The translations under genes and the position numbers were made by a program. The notes under the pieces were generated by a model that was not told where the DNA came from, ran no database searches, and saw nothing but the letters and a program-made list of their open reading frames with translations. A stretch of 36,312 nt of DNA from a virus (taxonomy: Duplodnaviria > Heunggongvirae > Uroviricota > Caudoviricetes), in IMG/VR virus record IMGVR_UViG_2534681604_000004; one strand, given 5' to 3'. Below are positions 30,324 through 36,312 of this stretch, in pieces (positions within the stretch are counted from its first letter, which is position 1; every line of letters begins with the position of its first letter).

Positions 30324-30340
30324 AAAATTATTAGTGCAAT
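30324..30340 (-). promoter_or_regulatory. C1-operator-like site, reverse orientation (minus strand reads ATTGCACTAATAATTTT)
   Basis: 15/17 match to recalled consensus, in a divergent promoter region. Confidence 0.35.
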
Positions 30341-30397
30341 TTTGATTGTGAAATGTATCATTCTGCCCTTAAGTAGGTTCTTCACGAGGAAACAAAA

Positions 30398-30643
30398 TTG
30401 GCAGAACGTGTTGATGATGCAGAGCTGAGCATGAATCAGTTAGAAGCTCTCAAAGACATGGCCATCGATAACATCAGAAAGCAGGCACAGGTCGTGAGCC
30501 AGGTATTTACAGGGAAGTGTCGTTACTGCAATGAATCGATTGAATCAGGCATTTATTGTGACGCTGAATGTGCTCAATGGCACAGGGAAGAGCAGGCAGC
30601 AAAACAGCGTAAATATGGCATGCGACCGGCAGGATTTGACTGA
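30398..30643 (+). CDS. TraR/DksA-family C4 zinc-finger protein, 81 aa
   Basis: CRYCNESIESGIYCDAEC resembles the phage TraR-like zinc finger. Confidence 0.55.
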   Translation: MAERVDDAELSMNQLEALKDMAIDNIRKQAQVVSQVFTGKCRYCNESIESGIYCDAECAQWHREEQAAKQRKYGMRPAGFD

Positions 30644-30645
30644 TT

Positions 30646-31209
30646 ATGTTGCGCTTTACTGAGGAAGAGTTTCAGGCTTTTAGTGAGCGTCGAAATAAGG
30701 GGCGGTCCAGGCCAAAAACCAAAAAGGATCCATTCTTATCGCTTGCGCCGGTAAAAGAAGTTTCTCCACATGCGAAGGCACTTGCAGCACTGGCAAAGAA
30801 CCCAGACCTGCGCGACGGAAATTGCGAGCACTTCGAGCAGGTTTTCATTTTTGATTACTTCGAACGCAAGCACCCTGACATCTATGAGCTGTTGCATGCA
30901 ACGCCTAACGGAGGGAAACGTTCAAAAGCAACCGCCGGGAAAATGAAGGCTGAAGGGCAGAAAAAAGGTTATCCGGACATGAGTCTCGATAAAGCATGCG
31001 GTATTTATCACGGCATGCGAATTGAGCTTAAAGAACCAAATGGTAAAGCTCCGAAGAAAGAGCAGATCGCCTGGATGCGCAGGCTTAGAGAGGAAGGTTA
31101 CTACGTCGTTCTTGCGTATGGTGCAGAACAAGCGATAACCGCCATCCTGGAATACATGAGCCTTAAAAAGGGTGAGGCTATTGAGCATGTATTGAACAGT
31201 GACAAGTAG
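30646..31209 (+). CDS. VRR-NUC domain nuclease-like protein, 187 aa
   Basis: KKGYPDMSLD...GMRIELKEP...YYVVLAYG fits the VRR-NUC G-x-PD ... E-x-K pattern. Confidence 0.6.
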   Translation: MLRFTEEEFQAFSERRNKGRSRPKTKKDPFLSLAPVKEVSPHAKALAALAKNPDLRDGNCEHFEQVFIFDYFERKHPDIYELLHATPNGGKRSKATAGKMKAEGQKKGYPDMSLDKACGIYHGMRIELKEPNGKAPKKEQIAWMRRLREEGYYVVLAYGAEQAITAILEYMSLKKGEAIEHVLNSDK

Positions 31210-31387
31210 TTGTACACTACGTGAAATAATAAATTAATTAGTGCATATGTGTTCTTTGATACAGCGCACATTAACATCGGGAGAATAATCGTGTCATCCA
31301 AGGCTAATTATGAATCGCTGGCATCGATCATGCCGCGTAATGAACAGGAAGCAGATGCTGTAGTGGACCCGGTAATCGCTGAAATGA

Positions 31388-32050
31388 ATGCTCGCCTGGA
31401 GGCTGAATTTGCAGCTGAGAATGAACATACCACCCAGGGCGACTAGGACTGTTTTTTGTGTCGGTAGCGGTCCGTCACTCACTCGTGAGGACTGTGCTGC
31501 TATAGAAAAAACTGGCTGTTCAATCATCGCGGTTAACAATTCCTGGCAGATGTTCGATGACATTTATGCCTTATACGCCGGTGATTTGTCATGGTGGAAG
31601 CAATACGGATCCACCATACCGGGAGGGAGATTCCGCAAAGTGACAGCCAACCTGGCGGCGGCGAAATCATTTTCGTTGGAGTACAGGCGATATTGTGGAC
31701 CGGCGGAAGGGGTAAATAGCGGCGCGCAGGCTATCAGTCTGGCGGCTGAATCAGGGGCTGAAGTAGTGGTATTAGTCGGCTATGACTGTTCTCTGCAAAA
31801 CGGCCTTCATTGGCATGGCGCGCACCCTCAAGCACTACGGAATCCAACGCAGGTGTCTATTTCAAAATGGCAACAGCAGTTCCTGGATACCCGCAAAAAA
31901 CACGCAGATTTACATATTTTGAATGCAAGTAGGAGCAGTGCAATTCAATGTTTCCCAAGAATAAATTTAGAGGCAGTGATCGCGTTATTATCGTCGGCAG
32001 TGGCCCAAGCGCCGCAAACTTTGTTGCGCCGCGCGGAGTGCCGATTATAG
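31388..32050 (+). CDS. Rossmann-like protein with GSGPS motif (paralog A), 220 aa
   Basis: CVGSGPSL ... IIAVNNSW ... NSGAQAISLA ... VVLVGYD; paralogous to the next ORF. Confidence 0.55.
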   Translation: MLAWRLNLQLRMNIPPRATRTVFCVGSGPSLTREDCAAIEKTGCSIIAVNNSWQMFDDIYALYAGDLSWWKQYGSTIPGGRFRKVTANLAAAKSFSLEYRRYCGPAEGVNSGAQAISLAAESGAEVVVLVGYDCSLQNGLHWHGAHPQALRNPTQVSISKWQQQFLDTRKKHADLHILNASRSSAIQCFPRINLEAVIALLSSAVAQAPQTLLRRAECRL

Positions 32051-32574
32051 CGGTCAATGGGGCCATCGACTGGCTGAACCGCGCTTCTTATTTTTTCACA
32101 CTTGATCCATCGCCAGACAATATGCGGCGCGTTGGTCGTGGCCGCCGTCGCCGTGGTGTTTGTTATTGCATGGCACTACCCGATGTTAAAGAACGTGAAG
32201 TCAGAGATGGCGTTCTGTGCTTCCGTCGTGTGGCTGAACGCGGCACAGAGCCAAAAAATACGAATTCTCCCGAGTGGTGGGCGTGGCGCTGGTCCGCACA
32301 TTTCGGCCTTTGCGAAGATGAGAATGAAATTGCCAGCGGCAATAGTGCATATGGTGCTCTGAACCTGGCTTTCCATATCGGATTCAAACATGTCGCCCTG
32401 GTGGGCGTTGACGCTACACAAGAACCACGCGTTCACTCCGGCGGCACGCCAAAAAATCTAAGTCACCTGCCTTTGTTATTCCAGTCTGCGCGTGAACGGA
32501 TTGACGTTGTTTCATGCGGGGAAATGGGAGGTATTCCGCAGATGACTCTTAAAGAATGGCTGAAGAATACATGA
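31948..32574 (+). CDS. Rossmann-like protein with GSGPS motif (paralog B), 208 aa
   Basis: IVGSGPSA ... IIAVNGA ... [10 protein letters not shown] ... ALVGVD; stop overlaps the ppp start (ATGATG). Confidence 0.55.
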   Translation: MFPKNKFRGSDRVIIVGSGPSAANFVAPRGVPIIAVNGAIDWLNRASYFFTLDPSPDNMRRVGRGRRRRGVCYCMALPDVKEREVRDGVLCFRRVAERGTEPKNTNSPEWWAWRWSAHFGLCEDENEIASGNSAYGALNLAFHIGFKHVALVGVDATQEPRVHSGGTPKNLSHLPLLFQSARERIDVVSCGEMGGIPQMTLKEWLKNT

Positions 32575-33248
32575 TGGCACCCACAATTTATCACCGTATC
32601 GACGGTACCAAATACAGGAATGTCTGGGTTGTTGGTGATCTGCATGGTTGCTACACCAGACTGATGTCCGAACTCCATCGTGTGGATTTTGACCCGGCGC
32701 AGGATTTACTGATATCGGTCGGCGACCTTATCGATCGCGGTACTGAAAATGTCGAATGTCTGGAACTATTGCAGATGCCCTGGTTCAGGGCAGTGATGGG
32801 GAACCATGAGCGGCTGATGATTGATGCGTTAAGTCCTGATGGCAACGTGAATAACTGGCTAATGAATGGCGGACAATGGTTCTTCATGCTGGACACTGAT
32901 CAGGAAATATTAGCCAGGGCGCTGGTGGAGCTGGTAAAGCGTCTGCCCTATATCATTGAGTTGAACACCGGGCAAGAAACTATCGTTATAGCCCATGCCG
33001 ACTATCCGGATAATGAATACCAATTCGGTAAGGAGGTGCCGCTTTTCAACGTTGTCTGGGCGCGCGAGCGTATCAGTGATTCGATGGATGATATTGGTGG
33101 CGAAATTTCGGGCGCAGATCGTTTTATCTTTGGTCACACTCCGGTGAAAAGCCCGAAGACATTCTGGAATCAGCATTATATAGACACTGGTGCCGTATTT
33201 TGCGGAAACCTGACATTGATGAAAGTGAAAGGTGATGGTGCAGCATGA
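32571..33248 (+). CDS. ppp: Ser/Thr protein phosphatase, lambda-PPase / PrpA family, about 225 aa
   Basis: GDLHGCY, GDLIDRG, GNHE and near-collinear similarity to recalled lambda phosphatase. Confidence 0.9.
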   Translation: MMAPTIYHRIDGTKYRNVWVVGDLHGCYTRLMSELHRVDFDPAQDLLISVGDLIDRGTENVECLELLQMPWFRAVMGNHERLMIDALSPDGNVNNWLMNGGQWFFMLDTDQEILARALVELVKRLPYIIELNTGQETIVIAHADYPDNEYQFGKEVPLFNVVWARERISDSMDDIGGEISGADRFIFGHTPVKSPKTFWNQHYIDTGAVFCGNLTLMKVKGDGAA

Positions 33249-33946
33249 AGATTGCTTTAGTTCTTCGCTCTGGTGGTGACTATTACGCTTCCGATGTGCA
33301 GTGGCTGGTTAATCAACTGCCAAAAGGCTATGAAATTATTTGCCTGACAGACCTGAAGCGTTTACATGTACCTAGCGTCAAAGTTGTCCCATTGATCAAC
33401 CAGTGGCAAAAGTGCCGTGGCTGGTGGGCGAAAATCGAGTTGTTCCGACCGGATATAACCGATGATCTGTTCTATCTGGATTTGGACACGGTTATTGCCG
33501 GTGATATACGCCCAATCCTTGAGAATCCACCAACCAGCTTCACCATGCTTAGGGATTTTTACCATCCACAATATCGTGGTAGCGGTGCCCTGTGGATACC
33601 AAATAGTGTAAAAGCGCATATCTGGAGTGCATTCTGGCAAGATCCGGAAGGTTGGATTGCTCGTTGTGTTACTACTGAATGCTGGGGTGATCAGGGGTTT
33701 TTGCGGAAGGTTATGGGTGATGATACACCAGCATTTCAGGATCTGTATCCGGGATGGTTTGTAAGTTACAAGGCCGATGTTGTGAAACCTGGTTCGAAAT
33801 ATGCGAGCGCGCGTTACTCCAGGGGGAATGGGGCATTACCAAAAGACTGCCGAATAATCTTTTTTCACGGCAAACCGCGACCTCGCGAAGTGTCAGAGGA
33901 TTGGCTTCCCCTTATCAGCTCATTTTTTGAGCGAGAATCAGAATAA
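33245..33946 (+). CDS. hypothetical protein with DxD-like motif ([11 protein letters not shown]), 233 aa
   Basis: ATG overlaps the ppp stop (ATGA). Confidence 0.5.
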   Translation: MKIALVLRSGGDYYASDVQWLVNQLPKGYEIICLTDLKRLHVPSVKVVPLINQWQKCRGWWAKIELFRPDITDDLFYLDLDTVIAGDIRPILENPPTSFTMLRDFYHPQYRGSGALWIPNSVKAHIWSAFWQDPEGWIARCVTTECWGDQGFLRKVMGDDTPAFQDLYPGWFVSYKADVVKPGSKYASARYSRGNGALPKDCRIIFFHGKPRPREVSEDWLPLISSFFERESE

Positions 33947-33947
33947 T

Positions 33948-33964
33948 ATTGCTCTAATAATTCC
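33948..33964 (+). promoter_or_regulatory. C1-operator-like site (ATTGCTCTAATAATTCC)
   Basis: 13/17 match (first 13 positions) to recalled consensus; paired with an inverted copy 37 bp away. Confidence 0.5.
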
Positions 33965-33972
33965 ATATTTTT

Positions 33973-34000
33973 AAAACGTGATGTACACTCATCACGTTTT
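33973..34000. terminator. bidirectional terminator hairpin (AAAACGTGATG TACACT CATCACGTTTT) flanked by inverted operator-like sites
   Basis: 11-bp perfect stem with A/T runs. Confidence 0.6.
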
Positions 34001-34013
34001 TTATTAGAGCAAT
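33997..34013 (-). promoter_or_regulatory. C1-operator-like site, inverted copy (TTATTAGAGCAAT on plus strand)
   Basis: Reverse complement ATTGCTCTAATAAAAAA. Confidence 0.5.
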
Positions 34014-34027
34014 CTACAAGGTGCACT

Positions 34028-34246
34028 ATGTGGCCATTCCGACGGAAATATCACTACTGGCTGATCGCCTTTGTTACGCCGTCCGGCGATATCAGGCATG
34101 TCATCACCAGGTATCGCAACAAGAGACTCACCTTAGCCAGAATTTTACAGGCTGCCATAGGTGAGGGACTGGATACAAATTGCGTAGTCCTTCCTCCTTC
34201 ATACTTAGGAAAAATGACCGAAGCACAAGCTAATACGGAACTTTGA
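34028..34246 (+). CDS. small hypothetical protein, 72 aa
   Basis: Track ORF immediately downstream of the operator pair. Confidence 0.4.
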   Translation: MWPFRRKYHYWLIAFVTPSGDIRHVITRYRNKRLTLARILQAAIGEGLDTNCVVLPPSYLGKMTEAQANTEL

Positions 34247-34247
34247 A

Positions 34248-35510
34248 ATGAGCACTTCAGCACAAAACCAATCAATCGAAAATGTATCTATCCCTGACGT
34301 CCTGAATGCCGGTATCCCGGCCATTATCCAGAACATCCGGGCCGCGCAACGCCGCGTTAGTTGTGATGACCTCACAGCACGTTTTTTTGATAATGCGGTT
34401 CAGTCAGCGGAGATGCTTCACGCACAGCTTATTGATGTTTATAACGCAGAAGCTGATAGCCATAACTCCCTGGTAGATGCAGCTGAAAATATGCAGTTGG
34501 ATCTCGGTCTGAAGGGTAAAGAAATTGAAGAGCTTCAGCTGGAAATTGAACATTTGAAACGCCAGCAACAGGACGCGATCGACGATGCGACGCATGACGC
34601 CAACCAGCGTGCTGATAATGCCGAACGTATAAGCATTGAGCTGGAAACAAAACTCAATGAAATGACCGCGATGGTTGAACTGCGGAACTCACAGATTTCA
34701 ACGCTAAAATCTCAATATAAAGAGATCATGAAACTTGATCCTTTTAACCTTGAGAAACGCTATAACAAAGCTAAAAGCGAGCGACAGGAACTGCGTAAGC
34801 AGGTCGCCGATCTTAACCAACAGCTCAAAAAAACTATTAAAGATGCAAGCGAAGCGCGCGTGGCATTTGCTAATAAAAAAGCAGAGGTTACCGCGCTGGT
34901 TAATGAGAATGCCAAATTTGCGACGCTCAAGAAGGAAATGTATGGCATTACTGAGCGCCGTTTCCCTGCAAGCAAACTTCATCCGACGTTAGGGCAAATC
35001 TCCTTCTTCCCGCGCCTCCTGGCTTATGGGATCTCATCGCCTAAAGAGTTCAATAACGAGCGTCCTTATATCGTTTCTAAGCTGGACTTTGCTTATCAGT
35101 TCTGCTGCGACATGGGCTATGCCATTGATATCCGAATCAACGAATGGTTGATGCCAAACTTCCAGCCGTTGGCCATTTTCCGCGAGTTCCAGCCGGAAGG
35201 TTGGGTAGAGTTCTTCCATGAAATGATCTGTAAAGAGATGGAAAGCCGCCGCCCGGAACTGGTCCGCCGTGTCGAGTGGGCGCAAGAGGTTATGTTGGCA
35301 GATGCAGAGCTACCGTTCGAACCGGAATTCATTGATGAACTGGCCAATAAAGGGCTGCATAGCCTATTTGATGTAGTTACCCGCCGTCATGAGCAGTTGG
35401 TTGTTGAATTGGGTTTAGAAGAAACTGCGGCAAGAAGACTTCTCGATGTTTGCTATGCACGTAGCGATGCATGGGAAAAAGAGAACGGCGGTACTATTTA
35501 CGTTCGCTGA
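34248..35510 (+). CDS. coiled-coil protein with conserved-looking C-terminal globular domain, 420 aa
   Basis: Track ORF; central heptad-like region (residues about 80-220). Confidence 0.55.
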   Translation: MSTSAQNQSIENVSIPDVLNAGIPAIIQNIRAAQRRVSCDDLTARFFDNAVQSAEMLHAQLIDVYNAEADSHNSLVDAAENMQLDLGLKGKEIEELQLEIEHLKRQQQDAIDDATHDANQRADNAERISIELETKLNEMTAMVELRNSQISTLKSQYKEIMKLDPFNLEKRYNKAKSERQELRKQVADLNQQLKKTIKDASEARVAFANKKAEVTALVNENAKFATLKKEMYGITERRFPASKLHPTLGQISFFPRLLAYGISSPKEFNNERPYIVSKLDFAYQFCCDMGYAIDIRINEWLMPNFQPLAIFREFQPEGWVEFFHEMICKEMESRRPELVRRVEWAQEVMLADAELPFEPEFIDELANKGLHSLFDVVTRRHEQLVVELGLEETAARRLLDVCYARSDAWEKENGGTIYVR

Positions 35511-35530
35511 TAGTTACAGTGTCACTTTTA

Positions 35531-35565
35531 ATGCTGGTGGAGTGCGTCCCACCAGCATTTTTTTC
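35531..35565 (+). terminator. rho-independent terminator (GCTGGTGG AGTGCGTC CCACCAGC then ATTTTTTT)
   Basis: Stem-loop plus T-run. Confidence 0.7.
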
Positions 35566-35583
35566 GTCCAATGAGGAGGGCAT

Positions 35584-35868
35584 TTGAGTATTTTCAACCA
35601 ACACGCACACCATGAACGTCCGTATATCGTCATAGTTGATATTGATGGAACAATATCAGAGGCAACTGAAGACAGACTGCATTTGCTTCCGCCACCAGGT
35701 AAAGGTGCATTAACAAAGGACTGGAACGAGTTTAATCTCGCCTGTGACACTGATACTCCCATAACTCCAGTTATTGATATTGTGCGCCAGTTGTCCAGCA
35801 TTTACACGCTCTGGTTTGTAACCGGGCGCTGTGAGATAGCCAGGGATAAAACACGAGCCTGGTTGCGT
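35584..35868 (+). pseudogene. HAD-superfamily phosphatase-like gene, 3' end truncated by IS1 insertion
   Basis: TTG start with GAGGAGGG RBS; motif I VIVDIDGTI; reading frame runs straight into the IS1 terminal repeat at 35869. Confidence 0.6.
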
Positions 35869-36312
35869 GGTAATGACTCCAACTTATTGATAGTGTTTTA
35901 TGTTCAGATAATGCCCGATGACTTTGTCATGCAGCTCCACCGATTTTGAGAACGACAGCGACTTCCGTCCCAGCCGTGCCAGGTGCTGCCTCAGATTCAG
36001 GTTATGCCGCTCAATTCGCTGCGTATATCGCTTGCTGATTACGTGCAGCTTTCCCTTCAGGCGGGATTCATACAGCGGCCAGCCATCCGTCATTCATATC
36101 ACCACGTCAAAGGGTGACAGCAGGCTCATAAGACGCCCCAGCGTCGCCATAGTGCGTTCACCGAATACGTGCGCAACAACCGTCTTCCGGAGCCTGTCAT
36201 ACGCGTAAAACAGCCAGCGCTGGCGCGATTTAGCCCCGACGTATCCCCACTGTTCGTCCATTTCCGCGCAGACGATGACGTCACTGCCCGGCTGTATGCG
36301 CGAGGTTACCGA
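35869..36312 (-). mobile_element. IS1-family insertion sequence, partial copy, inverted relative to the copy at 1-424
   Basis: Begins with GGTAATGACTCCAACTTATTGATAGTG; reverse complement is identical to window positions 1-424 wherever the two overlap. Confidence 0.92.
35884..36093 (-). CDS. insB: IS1 InsB transposase C-terminal fragment
   Basis: Track ORF identical in protein sequence to 200-409. Confidence 0.8.
   Translation of the reverse strand: MTDGWPLYESRLKGKLHVISKRYTQRIERHNLNLRQHLARLGRKSLSFSKSVELHDKVIGHYLNIKHYQ

Overview
This window reads as a segment of a P1-like phage-plasmid, bounded at both ends by identical, inverted partial IS1 copies (1-424 and 35869-36312). Gene names are assigned from recalled P1 organisation and motif reading only; no database search was possible. 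In order: a kilA-repL lytic-replicon module behind a C1-operator-like site; a hok/mok-type toxin locus; a minus-strand virion module with sheath-like and head-like large proteins; parS-parB-parA; a RepA/iteron plasmid replicon with a GATC cluster and DnaA box; a spanin-like pair and a PAAR-like protein; rdgC-like hrdC fused in operon with a bifunctional Dcm-Dam methyltransferase (dmt); tRNA-Ile(CAU); a DnaB-like helicase (ban); a baseplate-spike operon; and an operon ending in a lambda-PPase-like phosphatase. The strongest unusual signals are (1) a full-size LAGLIDADG intein inserted exactly at the catalytic Cys of the dmt C5-methyltransferase motif IV, (2) a T5orf172/GIY-YIG-like gene wedged between the incA-like iterons and parA, (3) a hok/mok locus inside the phage backbone, and (4) a 1.2-kb non-coding stretch after dmt holding a tRNA-like gene and long palindromes. 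No CRISPR array, integrase or rRNA was seen.
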